DNA from: Adineta vaga
Taxonomy: Eukaryota > Animalia > Rotifera
DNA: 64,000 bases
Direction: 5' to 3'
Assembly: GCA_021613535.1 (NCBI GenBank)
Contig: CP075492.1
Coordinates: 14,119,769-14,183,768 of the forward strand
Below, one piece after another: positions 46,114 through 57,604 of the stretch. Each line of letters begins with the position of its first letter. Position 1 is the first letter of the stretch. The position numbers and the translations under genes are program-made. Below the pieces are notes generated by a model. It ran no database searches, had not been told where the DNA came from, and saw only the letters and a list, made by a program, of their open reading frames with translations.

Positions 46114-48330
46114 TTATAAAAGTTCAATTTTCAGATGAATATTACTACATATCGCCGTATGATTATCACTCGTATCAAATAAAACTTCTATTTCAAGGTC
46201 AGTTGTTGCAACATTGAGAATTCTACTATCGGAATGTTCAAAAACTTTCCAAACATTTAAAATCTTCTCATTTACATTTCGTTCAATGATTGTAAATTTA
46301 ACATAACTATTACAATTACCATTCAAATGTACACTACACAAACGACGACTAATAATCGATTGATAACGTGTCATATTAATTCGTTGATTCATTTTTGCTT
46401 TCGTTAAAGATCGAACGGAAAGAAATACACAATTATTTTCTTCCGTTTGTTTACTTGTTACAATTGAATAAGGTGGCTCGACTTTCCAATCTTGTTCAAG
46501 AGATCGATTACACTGAGGATATCCATTTTGAATCAGTCGACTATCGTGTGCAATAGTTCCATTCGGTAATGTTGTATTTTCAATTGAGAATGCAGCATGA
46601 AATTGTTCATCGGTTATATGAGCATTTAACAAATTTGAATGAGATAGATCAACCATCGATAGATCAGCACCAGTTAGATCTACCTTCATTAAATTGCTTT
46701 CTAACAATCGACTAGCAAACATTTTTGCATTGGTTAAATTTGCTTCATACATATTAACTTGATAAAATTCACAAAGATTAGCTGTAATATTTTGCATTTG
46801 AGCTCGATGAAACGTATCTCTGAAAAAATAAGTATAATCCGAAAAGGTAACATTATCTTGAAAATTAGCATTTTCTAAATTAACGTCGATAATACTTCCT
46901 TGAAATATAACATTTGACATTGTCATATTCATCAACAAACAATCTTCGAAGTAAGAGGTGAAGAAAGTTGAATCGTTAATTGTTGTATTGATAAATGATG
47001 ATTGAGAGAATGGTAGATTAAGAAATTCAATTTGTTTCATGTGAGCAAAATTAAAATTGTTTTTTCCAAATCTCGTAGAACCATCTCTGGCAAGAAGTTT
47101 CACATTGTCTAAAGTAGCCATATAAAACGTTACGTTCATTAAATCACGTAAATCAGAAAATATAACATCACCAGACAATTCTGCGTATGAAAAATCCAAA
47201 TTCTGTGCAGAAACTCGTTCAAATATTGTAAAACCGAATGATGTATTCGAAAAATTGATAAGATCTAAATCACCCTGGAAATATACACTTCCAAAATTAA
47301 CTCCAACGAAACAAGTATATTGTAATTGAGTATTACTGAAATTCATAGACAATAAATATCCGTTACGAAACCATTCGTTGGCATTCGAATAAGGTTTTGT
47401 TATACTTGTAAAATCAATACCTTTTAGATCGGCATTAACGAAATTAATATTATGTAAGAAAGCATTCTGAATATTGAATGAACCATTGAATATCGCACCA
47501 GAAAAATCTAGATGAGTTAATATTGTTGAAGAAAAATTGACATCACGCAAGATAGACAATGAAAAATTACTTCCATTTAAATCTTGATGAGCAAATGAAC
47601 TACCGGTTAGATCAACATTTGATAGATGAATATGATTCATATGACCACGAGGTTTCGTAGAATTCAAATTGAGATTATGTAATTCAGCATCAGTTAAATC
47701 AAGAGATGATTTCGGTCGTGTATCTAATTGACCAGCATCATAAAGTAAACGAATTACTTGACTAATTCGATTAGAATCAAGTTGACGAATTAATGTTAAT
47801 GTTTTCAAACGTGTTAATTTTGCGATAAGGTCTGTTTTTGTTAAACTTCCATTATTTTTTTCTAACAAATCACTTATTTCAATAATATAATTCGTGAGAA
47901 GACCGTCTTGATAATGTTTATCTTCTAATGTTAATTCATGTTTTCGATTTTGTTCAGTTTGATTTCGTCTTTCATTAGCAATTGTACGTTCAACTTCTCG
48001 TTGCAATGTTGTTTGATTTAGATCTTGGAATCGTTGTTCACGTGCTATTTCCCTATCTTCACGTCTTTGTTCACGTGATATATTTAAATCTTGTTCACGT
48101 TGTTCATCCGCTAATCGTCGATCTTCCAATCGTTGTTGAGCTGCTGAATATTTCTGATCAAACGTAATAACTACTGTGAATATGCCTAACATCAATGGAA
48201 GGGCAAGTGAAGTTAAAATAGTTAAAATCTCTTTTCGTGTTAGACCACAATACTTTCGAGTTGATCGAGTACGATGATTATACATGGGTAATAATCGACG
48301 TCGTTGACGAAAGCTATATCGTGATGACAT
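46114..48330 (-). CDS. single-pass TM protein with a charged coiled-coil segment and a long pentapeptide-repeat domain, 738 aa, single exon
   Basis: ATG at 48330. TM LTILTSLALPLMLGIFTVVITF. Then RLEDRRLADEQREQDLNISREQRREDREIAREQRF. Then about 300 aa of A(D/N)LxG-type pentapeptide repeats (NVDLTGSSFAHQDLNGSNFSLSILRDVNFSSTILTHLDFSGAIFNGSFNIQNAFLHNINFVNADLKGIDF…). Confidence 0.75.
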   Translation of the reverse strand: MSSRYSFRQRRRLLPMYNHRTRSTRKYCGLTRKEILTILTSLALPLMLGIFTVVITFDQKYSAAQQRLEDRRLADEQREQDLNISREQRREDREIAREQRFQDLNQTTLQREVERTIANERRNQTEQNRKHELTLEDKHYQDGLLTNYIIEISDLLEKNNGSLTKTDLIAKLTRLKTLTLIRQLDSNRISQVIRLLYDAGQLDTRPKSSLDLTDAELHNLNLNSTKPRGHMNHIHLSNVDLTGSSFAHQDLNGSNFSLSILRDVNFSSTILTHLDFSGAIFNGSFNIQNAFLHNINFVNADLKGIDFTSITKPYSNANEWFRNGYLLSMNFSNTQLQYTCFVGVNFGSVYFQGDLDLINFSNTSFGFTIFERVSAQNLDFSYAELSGDVIFSDLRDLMNVTFYMATLDNVKLLARDGSTRFGKNNFNFAHMKQIEFLNLPFSQSSFINTTINDSTFFTSYFEDCLLMNMTMSNVIFQGSIIDVNLENANFQDNVTFSDYTYFFRDTFHRAQMQNITANLCEFYQVNMYEANLTNAKMFASRLLESNLMKVDLTGADLSMVDLSHSNLLNAHITDEQFHAAFSIENTTLPNGTIAHDSRLIQNGYPQCNRSLEQDWKVEPPYSIVTSKQTEENNCVFLSVRSLTKAKMNQRINMTRYQSIISRRLCSVHLNGNCNSYVKFTIIERNVNEKILNVWKVFEHSDSRILNVATTDLEIEVLFDTSDNHTAICSNIHLKIELL

Positions 48331-48668
48331 TCTTGTTTTTTCTTATATGAAATTTTATCAAATCTTGTTATATCGATATTTATTATTTAGATTAGATTTT
48401 ACGTAGTGACATATGAATATTAAATTTCAAGTACGTCATTAGAAATGAATTCTTACTAACAACACAAATGATAAAAATAGAATTGATCAATAATGACTAA
48501 TCCATAAGAGTAATAAACTTTCTGTGTTAGTTTGAAATCGAATTTGATAAGTAAAATTCTTCAATCTTGGAACATTGTCTGTTAACCATTCAAATATTTG
48601 TTCATTATTCATTCGTACATCAGTTGAATCATATTCTACTACCATACTATGTACTTTCAACATAGCAT

Positions 48669-50150
48669 TTAATAATAGGGAACATCATGAAGAGATCTAA
48701 CAGATACGTTTAATTTTTCGAGGTTAATTGAAAATATTTTGATAAGATTTATAATCGCTTGACATTTGTTTTGTTCAATTTTCGATAGCGATTGTGATAT
48801 ATGTAAACATTTGATTTGTTTTGTTAGTAATGAACATACATGTTGATTGGTAAAATCTCCAGTTATTTCTCTCAATGTTTGCCAAGGAACTTGTAATGAA
48901 TGAAGATTAATTGAATATGTTAAAATTTCAGAAAAGAATTGTTCCGAAGATATAGTATTACTTTTTTCAATAGTTAAATGCTTGATTTGAGAAAGATCAA
49001 TAAAACCAATTAATGGTATAAAAACAAATAAATTTTGAATGGTCAATGAATTAAGGTTGGGAAAATAATATTGTTGGAGAATATGTGAATGATACTCACA
49101 ATTAATAACTAAACGTAATTTTTTAATGGTTTGATACACATCTTTTTTCAGTTTAGTTAAAGATTGTATTGATGTAGATAAATAAAATTCTTCATCACAA
49201 TATGGTAATGTATAGAGATGAATATTTTTTATAGTATGAAATGCCGAATTCATCGTCTCATCATAATCACAATGAATAAACCATTGATGTTGATCTGACC
49301 AGAATGATGTTTGAAATGGAGCAAACAATTGTATAGTATTAACACTATCTAAACTTGGATGAATTTTAAAATGAAAATATTTTAAACTAGGTAAATGTCT
49401 TCGAATAAGATTTTCCCATCGATCACCATTAACTAATCGAAATCCTTTTTTTGCACAAACTGTTAACACTTCCAATTTGGACATACAAGCAAATAGTGTG
49501 TCAAGTTCATCAAATGTAACATTAGATTTTTCTGGAAGTTTTAATATTAATTGACAAATATTCAGATCCATTGGATTCATACTGAATATATCACCTGTGT
49601 TTGATACTTCAGCAAACAATTGAACTTCTATTTTTCTTAACATTGGCGTATGTACTAACCATTGATGCAGATTTCGGACTGGACATAAACCTAAAGTTAA
49701 ATATTTTAATGGTAATTCTGTGGTTATTGGTGACAGTTGATGAGAAGATTGAATGGAAAGTGAAGTTAACTTTGGAAGATAATGAAGTTTTCGAGCGATT
49801 TTAATCCAATCTAGTTCTGATATTTCATTTAATGTTAATAATTTGAGATTAATACATCGTCGAATATAAAATGATCGAAAGAATAAATGAATTTGTCGAA
49901 CTGTATCATTTGTATCAGATAATATTAATGATTGAATTTGTTCAGGAGAAATCGATTGACGAACAAAATCAAATTTTGATTTCGGCCAAGATTGAAAATT
50001 CAAATTATATTTATCATAATTATTTAAAAGTTTATTGATACGTTTATTAATTCCTTGAAATGCATAGAGAATGTCATAAATTGTCAAATACTCAAATACT
50101 TCGTAAAGTAATTCATTTGGAAAACGATCAAACATGGTTCGCATCGGCAT
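48669..50150 (-). CDS. F-box domain protein with LRR-like C-terminal region, 493 aa
   Basis: ATG at 50150. F-box: FDRFPNELLYEVFEYLTIYDILYAFQGINKRINKLL. It is a paralog of the partial gene at 22..507. Confidence 0.7.
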   Translation of the reverse strand: MPMRTMFDRFPNELLYEVFEYLTIYDILYAFQGINKRINKLLNNYDKYNLNFQSWPKSKFDFVRQSISPEQIQSLILSDTNDTVRQIHLFFRSFYIRRCINLKLLTLNEISELDWIKIARKLHYLPKLTSLSIQSSHQLSPITTELPLKYLTLGLCPVRNLHQWLVHTPMLRKIEVQLFAEVSNTGDIFSMNPMDLNICQLILKLPEKSNVTFDELDTLFACMSKLEVLTVCAKKGFRLVNGDRWENLIRRHLPSLKYFHFKIHPSLDSVNTIQLFAPFQTSFWSDQHQWFIHCDYDETMNSAFHTIKNIHLYTLPYCDEEFYLSTSIQSLTKLKKDVYQTIKKLRLVINCEYHSHILQQYYFPNLNSLTIQNLFVFIPLIGFIDLSQIKHLTIEKSNTISSEQFFSEILTYSINLHSLQVPWQTLREITGDFTNQHVCSLLTKQIKCLHISQSLSKIEQNKCQAIINLIKIFSINLEKLNVSVRSLHDVPYY

Positions 50151-50695
50151 CTTAATGTAAAAGAATTACGAATATCTTATATTTTTCAAAAGTGATGTGA
50201 AATTACTCTTGATATTAGTTAGTCACCATGAGCAACAGTCTCGCTACTGTTCTATTCAATGTTTCAAACTAATCAATAGTAAATATGATAGAGGGCACAT
50301 TGTACCGGAATGGAAATGCATTGATTTCGTGTTTTATTCTCTTCCAGAAGACAAATATAGAACATTAGTAGGCAATTGCACATTTCATATTTGGAGGTTT
50401 GTTCATCCATTTAAAAGTCGTGGTCAGGTCATATCGTGAATGTATTAAAGACGAGTTTGTTGAGTTGAATTAAATTACAAATGAGACGTGAAGGAGAAAA
50501 GATCAGATTATTGAGAAAGACAAATTTTTTATAAAGAAGTTCATTTGCTAACACAGACTTCTATATATGCATTATAGTCTCACTGTAGAATTTAAAAATA
50601 ATCTTTCATTCAATTCATATTTATTATTCTGTATGTTAGAAGATATTTTACGATTACAATGTAATATTTTTAAATAATATTCATTGAATTGAAAA

Positions 50696-51076
50696 TTATC
50701 GTGGTAGGACAATAGTAGCTTTTGTATTAGCACCACCTGAGATTTGAATAGATGCACCAGTATAATAACTAGTATCTAATCCAACCGTTTGAATATTAAT
50801 TGAAATTTGACGACCGATGATAGCATCACAGTAATCATCTAATGTTAAATCAACTAATTTAGCATCACATTGAACAGGATAAGATTCACGACAAGTGCCC
50901 ATTTTCAATTCAAATTTATGTTCTGCACAGCCACCACTATATTGAAGATTAATATCGATGGTTTTTGTTTGTTTATTATAACGCGCATCTTTAATAAAAG
51001 GCATATATTCTGCATTTATTATTGAAAAACAGAGCAGAAAAACAGTCACGACACTTTTTTGTAATTGATAAGCCAT
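50696..51076 (-). CDS. small secreted Cys-containing protein, ~126 aa, unknown family
   Basis: The real ATG is at 51076 (MAYQLQKSVVTVFLLCFSIINA signal-peptide-like); the ORF-track start at 51088 is TTG. Confidence 0.4.
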   Translation of the reverse strand: MAYQLQKSVVTVFLLCFSIINAEYMPFIKDARYNKQTKTIDINLQYSGGCAEHKFELKMGTCRESYPVQCDAKLVDLTLDDYCDAIIGRQISINIQTVGLDTSYYTGASIQISGGANTKATIVLPR

Positions 51077-51583
51077 GAGATAGAGCAAAAAAAACGATAA
51101 ATGAAGCTTGATTGTAATTCCTTATTTTTATATATTGATCCTCACCAGATGCAAACTTGAATAATACAAAAGAAAAAAGTATTTTTTATTTTATACCTTC
51201 TTTCTTTTTCGTTCGCCAATCGAATGATCGAATGTATGTATTGTAACACGTGATTTTTCGTTTCTTCCAATTTATAACGTCGTTGAAGTGTAATTGATCG
51301 ATATGAGTCATACGAAATTCAACAGGTGAATATATGAAAGAAGTCGAACGTTCAAAGTAATCTAGCTTATCTTCGTCTGTAAAAAAAGAATTAGTCTAGA
51401 GGATGGGTGTGCATGTGCCTGTTTTGCAAATCAAAACTGAATACGTTTAAAAAATGTTGATAAAATAGAAGATATCTGAAAGAAGAAAGAAAATAAAAGA
51501 TACCATATTGTTGATGACAAGTATAAGTAAGCAACGAATATATTCTCACTTCTCTCTTAGAAAAGAACCATTTTCAAATAACT

Positions 51584-52511
51584 ATGTTAAATACAACAAA
51601 GGATTCATTATTTATGGCTTATTATCCATTAACTCTAGTCATTGTTGGTACTATATTAAATCTTTTAACATTCATTGTACTTTGTCGACCAATATTTCGT
51701 GATACAATAAAAAGACAACCTGTTATTCATTATATGCGTACAATAGCAATCTTTGATATTCTGATGGTATATAGATGGAATCTTGATCATTATCTTTCAG
51801 AATTGTTCATGGTTATATTCTTTTAACATATTCAATAGCGTCATGTAAGATTTTTGGTTTTATGAATTATTTTGCATGTCAATCATCAGCTTGGCTTCGA
51901 GTATTCATTTGTTTGGATCGATATTTATCTGCTAATCGTCTTCATCGAACATGGTTTAGCCGTCAAAAAAATGTTTTAATCATCATTATTTCAGTGATTA
52001 CAATTATAATTTTATTTAATTTTCATTTCTTTATATTTACATGTTACTATAGATCTAATGGTACTATCAATCCTAATGCTCAATTATATCAGGTTTATCC
52101 ACTTTGGGATTATATTAATCTCAGTGTATACCATTTATTCTTATGGTTACATTTAATAGTGGTGTAATTTATCATTTATTTCATCGTAAACAATCACAGA
52201 TGATTCAACATTCACGTATACCTTATCAAACAATCTCAATAACATTGTTAATTACAACATTTCTCTTTTTAATTATGACAATTCCAGCAACGATTGTGGT
52301 AGCATTCTTTTTCACAATACCAACATCTACATTAGCTAAAATATTAGGTTCGATACTTTATACATATCATATAATATCCTTTTCACTTTATTTTCGTACA
52401 TTTAAAGAATTTCGTCAAGAATGTATCATGATGATTACATGTAGAAAAAATCATCATCGAATTAGACCAATTTTGACAACGATTCGTGCAGAAAAAATGC
52501 TCAATAAATGA
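51584..52511 (+). pseudogene. GPCR paralog (same family as 11511 and 12489) split over three frames; probable pseudogene
   Basis: ATG at 51584. TM3 SIASCKIFGFMNYFACQSSAWLRVFICLDRYLSANRL (DRY), TM5 CIPFILMVTFNSGVIYHLFHRK and TM7 ISFSLYFRTFKEFRQE are present. The frame switch at ~51795 has no phase-compatible GT-AG, so it is a true frameshift. The second switch at ~52120 could be a 32-bp GT..AG interval (52093..52124), but that is shorter than every other intron in the window. Confidence 0.55.
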
Positions 52512-52963
52512 ACGGTTGAATATACGCCTTCGGTCTATTTCTTGTCCAATATATAAATAAAAATATTTACGTGAATAAGCATGACTTCTCTCCATTTAAT
52601 TAAAGGAGGAAATCTTAAAAAAATCTGTTCTTCATGTTATTATTTGCGAAAAAGTGTTGGAATAAAGAAAAGCATATTGTACATACGTAGAACGTTAGTA
52701 ATAAAAAAAACACAAATCTTATTCGTTTGAAGAAATAAAAGTGACATGACTATTTACTTTTACTTTAATTCACAACTACAAGTAAGTGATATTTAAAGGT
52801 TTGATACATTGATGTGATACTATTCAGTATAACTAAGTTTTATGATGATTTTACATATGCAATTGATTTGTTTCGTCAATGTTCTACTCTGGATTCAAAT
52901 AAGTATGTGTCAGACACTATATGTATGTTCTTAGATGAAACCTTTTCTATGTTTATCACATAG

Positions 52964-54431
52964 CAGCAGGCAAGTCTTATTATGTAACAAAATCTGGTAA
53001 GGATAGTAATGCGGGAACGACTGAAGCAACTGCTTGGTTTACCATACAAAAGGCAGCAAATTCAGCAACACCTGGTTCGACTGTTTATATTGGTGCTGGC
53101 ATTTATTATGAAGCAGTCACAGTAAACGTGCAAGGCAATGCAATAGACGGTCCGATTACTTTCACTAATTTAACACCAAATAAAATACCTGTTATTTCTG
53201 GCAAACAAACGACTATTGCATCTCCTGATGGAACTTTAAATGTAATTTATATTCAAGATAAGAGCTACTTACGTTTTATCAATCTTGAATTAACAGAATT
53301 AAAAGCAGTTGAATGTAGTGGAGTAAGAATTGTGGGCAGTGGAACCAATATTGGTGAGTTTTTTTTTAAAATTTTGATTTCTCTGATAGAAATCGATATT
53401 CTATTCTACCCTTGTAGAACTACGAAATTTACACATTTATAATATCCGTGGTGGAGATGAAAGTGGTGGTGCAATGGGAATTACTGTCTATAATAATAAT
53501 CAAAAAACAAGTCGTCGTCAACTGATCATTGACAATTGTACACTTCATGATTGTGATCCAGCATGGAGTGAAGCATTGACATTGAATGGCAATATTGAAC
53601 AATTTCAAGTGACGAATAATCGAGTATACAATATGAACAATATTGGAATTGATTTTATTGGTAAGTGTAGTTTCATGCATCATCAGAGATATTTTGATTC
53701 CCTTTTCGAATAGCTGGCGAAAATTGGTTAAGCGGTTTAGGAACTCGATCAGGTCTATGTGCTAATAACACTGTCTGGAATATTCATTCAGTTTATGACT
53801 CTAGTGCAGCTGGCATCTACGTTGACGGCGCTTCCAATATAACTTTAGAAGGAAATGAAGTTCATCATTCAGATATGGGAATAGAAGTAGGTGCCGAAAA
53901 TAAAGGACAAGTAGCAACAAAAATGCTTGTTCGAAGTAATTATCTTCATCATAATGATAAATTTGGATTAGCCTTTGGAGGATACGATTCTCAGTAAGTC
54001 ATCCAAACATTCTTTTGCAAAATAAAACGAATATATTGATGATTTATAGACGAGGTCGGGTTACAAATAGTTTATTCATATCTAATCGACTTGAACAAAA
54101 CGATATGATGCATACAGGTGGTGGAGAAATATCTATTTCATTTGCTTCTGACAATACAGTTCTTCGCAATATCGTGAAGCCAAATGATCAAAATATCATT
54201 CTTCTTGCAAATCAAGATGGTGGTTTAAATAATCAATTCGATTATCAAATATATTATCCAAATGGACAAGGTGCAACACAAGAAAAACTTATTTTCTATT
54301 GGGGAAACACAGAGTGTGATGGTTTACGTGCATTTCAACAAAATAGCAAACAAGAAATGCATGCTCAAACCAATGCAGTGAAACGTGCCTTCGGAATAAA
54401 AGGTTTTTTTCCACGAAAGTTTTATTTCTAA
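52964..54431 (+). CDS. secreted right-handed beta-helix (DUF1565 / pectate-lyase-fold) protein, four mapped exons; 5' signal exon not resolved
   Basis: Exons ~52964..53353, 53418..53660, 53714..53993 and 54050..54431. Introns are 64, 53 and 56 bp with donors GTGAGT, GTAAGT and GTAAGT. The phases 1/1/2 are all consistent. The N-terminal domain SYYVTKSGKDSNAGTTEATAWFTIQKAANSATPGSTVYIGAGIYYEAVTV is typical of bacterial-type beta-helix proteins. A candidate ATG at 52746 is followed by the donor CAA|GTAAGT, but its phase does not fit. Confidence 0.7.
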
Positions 54432-54960
54432 TGAAACAACATACAAATACATATACTATAATTTAAATGCGATATAGTTAGATCCAAATAAAAATAAAGC
54501 TCCGTTTGAATCAATATACGCCTTGTAATTTTAACGAAAAATATAATGATATGGTCGCGAAGTATCATTTGCTGACAAATTTACTTCACATATCTTTCAA
54601 TGATTCAGAATACGAAATCACGACTGTTTTCTTTTCTTAAATGCGTAAAGTGCATTAATTGCGTTGAAAGGTTAGTATAACACAATGTCTGAAATGCTTT
54701 TTAACTGTGTAATCGAAAACGAAGTAAAATCAGTGAAGAAAAATTAAAATTAACTAAATATTTTTTTTTGGATATCTGCCTTGGCAACGTTGATAGTATA
54801 TAACGAAGAAGAAAACTGTGCTGGACACAATTCGTATTTACTGACTTGATCATGTTTATTCAAGTAAAGATTATATGTCTCATGAATGCACTTTTATGGA
54901 CTCAGACATGTAAGCATGAAAAATTCTATGATAATATATAGGTTTTTGCTGAATTTCTGT

Positions 54961-55010
54961 TATGTAGTGGGTGTGGGTGTATAACTTCTTCTCTTACCCA
55001 CACCCTCAAA
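54961..55010. repeat. hairpin (GTGGGTGTGGGTG … CACCCACACCC) at the junction between the beta-helix gene and its truncated copy; element copy 3
   Basis: agtgggtgtgggtgtataacttcttctcttacccacaccctc. The arms are (TGTGGG)2-like and the loop contains CTTCTT, as in the other copies. Confidence 0.45.
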
Positions 55011-55680
55011 GTGACGAATAATCGAGTATAGAATATAAATAATATTGGAATTGATTTCATTGGTAGGTTCTGGACCGTTTCTTTAGTTTAAACTTAACTA
55101 TCTTTTTTTTTATTCGCTGGAGAAAGTTGAGCCGGTGGTTTAGGAACTCGACCTGGCTGATGTGGTAATAATACTGTTTGGAATATTCATTCAGTTTATG
55201 ACTCTAGTCCAGCTGGCATCTACATTGATGGGGCTTCCCGATATGACTTTAGAAGGCAATGAAGTTCGTCATTGAGATACGGGAATAGAATTAGGTGCAG
55301 AGAATAAAGGACAAAAAGCAATCCAACTGACTCTCAGATATAATTATGTTCATCGTAATGATAAATTTGGATTGGCTTTTGAAGGATATGATTCTAAGTA
55401 AATGAATAGATTTTTGTATGATAATGAAAATGATAATTTGATTTCGTAGACTCAGCCAAGTCATCAATCGTTTATTTGCCGATAATCGTCTTGAAGAAAA
55501 CGATGGTAATCATGCAATTGGTTTAAAAAATACATTTGATTATCAAGTGTATTATTCAAATGGACAAGGTGCAACACAAGCAGATCTTATATTCTCATGG
55601 GGAAACACTGAATATAATGGATTGAGTGCTTTTCAAAAGAAAACTAAACAAGAATCGCAAGCTCAAATTATTTCTGGTTA
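54990..55680 (+). pseudogene. truncated tandem duplicate of exons 3-5 of the beta-helix gene, with an in-frame stop
   Basis: It starts in mid exon 3 (…GTGACGAATAATCGAGTATAGAATATAAATAATATTGGAATTGATTTCATTGGTAGG), keeps the intron positions, and carries CGTCATTGAGATACGG where the parent has CATCATTCAGATATGG (a stop). Its 3' end is diverged. Confidence 0.7.
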
Positions 55681-55753
55681 GAAGATATTTTTCGACAACA
55701 GAAATGACACATTTTAAACTCTTTTATAGTTCTCGAAATTTTTCCAAAAGTAT

Positions 55754-57604
55754 TTATCCATCAAATACATAGCTAAATCGACCATCCGGAGCAGTGTCTC
55801 CATTCTGAATAAGACTGAGAATATCACCATCGCGTATCATATTGTCTATCCATTTGAAATTAAACTTAACGGGAGTAGTACTATTGAATCCGAGCAATGT
55901 TCGCGGAACCGCGAATTGTAATTCATTACCGATCGTAACAAAAGGAATTTGTGAAACAAATTGCCAAATCCAACCAGATTGACTTCTTTCAATAGAAGTG
56001 AGAGAACCATTGAGATGTCGATTAATAACAATATCGAATCCTTCCCATCCTGTTGTAAAATTTTGATCAATATCAATGAATAGCAGCATCCAATTGGAGC
56101 TATTGCTCGGATTTGTTAATGATCGATTAGTTCGAGCATAGAAATAAACGTTATTGATGTCTCTCGCCACTTTTGCAAGTACAATATCGTTTCGACCTGT
56201 ATCATCTGTGTATCGAATATTAGTATTATAACCGATCTCGTCACGATGTTCTATATCATTGATATGATCCATAAATGAAGGTCCAACATTGTCCCATTGT
56301 TTAAAATCTGATCCAATGGTAATGGTAACGGGTGCAGTAGGCGTTGGGACCATTCGAGTACCTTTGTAATGACGAATATTAGTTACCAATTGATAGTAAT
56401 ATGCATCCTGGTAATAATTTCCTTAGAAAATAGCATGCATCGTGTATAAAACAAATATAAATTAACTGTTTCAACTCATACCTTCTGGAAATCCTCCACT
56501 GATTCCACCAGCACAAGGTTCAATATCACGACTATGTTCCCAATCAAATTCATCTACAAACATGACTGGAAGTTTGATACTAGCAAATTCAGATAGACGT
56601 AAAGCAATCCATTCATTCCAACCAGTGACGAAAACGAATTCGGGATCAACTTGTAAAGCACGTTCCCATTGTTCTTGTATATTGAGTCCATACGGTGTTG
56701 ATGTTTTTCCAGATGGAATCGTATTATTATGAAAACTACGTCCTCGAGCACCGACTTCACTCATTGATCCAATACGATTACCAACTGCATTTTGTCCTAC
56801 ACCAACAGTCATTTGTTCAGCTACGTTCGCACTATTTTTAAATATATGTTGCGGATATACTTCTAACCAACCCCATTGGTTTACGTCAGTTGGACCAATG
56901 AAATAACTAGGTTGAGGAGTTCTAAATGTAAAAAAATTCAAGATATCTGGACGTGATGGAAAAAATTGTGGATTAGTGAGAATCAATGGTTTTCCTTCCC
57001 ACATAAACCATAGTTCTGGATGATAATTGATTTTATAGATGTTATCGAAAAGAGTTTGTACTGTTTGAAAAGGTGCTCCAAAAGGTGTAAGAAATGCGAC
57101 TTGAGGCGTCGATCCACCTAATGCACGAACATCGGAAAATGCTTGACATAAAGCTTGAAAAGATTCTAGATAAACACGATCATTTGTTACATCGAAGAAA
57201 ATAACATCTACACCAGCATTAGAAAGCATTCTAGCATGTCGTCGAATAACCCATTGATCTGTTGAACGATAATAACCAAAATAAGCTTCACCCCAATGAT
57301 GATAATGATTCATTGGTCCCCACGCTGAATTATTTGGCTCTAACATTGCATTCGGATTAGCCGTTAGAATTTTGCTTATATCAAACGGTCCATCGGTTGT
57401 TTCAAATCCAAGCCAAAGAAAATAAAACACACCAACAAATCGATCTGTTCGTGGTGATCGCACTGTTTTAGGTAAAGAACGACCAAGACCATCTGTTGCC
57501 GTCCATGTATCACTCATCAAATCCAATGAAGAAACAATTCCATTCCATGTTAATAAGAGACAGAGAAGTGAAGAAAATAAGGATAGATTGACATGTAACA
57601 TCAT
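55754..57604 (-). CDS. secreted TIM-barrel glycoside-hydrolase-like protein (GH99/GH71-like pattern) with a C-terminal beta-sandwich domain, two exons
   Basis: Exons 57604..56482 and 56421..55754 with a 60-bp intron (G|GTATGAG…tttctaag|GA, phase 1 consistent). ATG at 57604 (MMLHVNLSLFSSLLCLLLTWNG signal; the track start at 57652 is GTG). VGVFYFLWLGFETTDG…NHYHHWGEAYFGYYRSTDQWVIRRHARMLSNAGVDVIFFDVTN matches the hxFYxxWxG…G.Y.S.D..VI..H…aGvDVi pattern of GH99-type enzymes. The family call is tentative. Confidence 0.65.

Noticed and set aside
52093-52124. Phase-perfect 32-bp GT…AG interval that would repair the second frame switch of the GPCR pseudogene
   Set aside because: It is shorter than every other intron in the window (53-69 bp). 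The first frame switch in the same gene has no phase-compatible GT-AG. The GPCR pseudogene finding mentions it only as a possibility.
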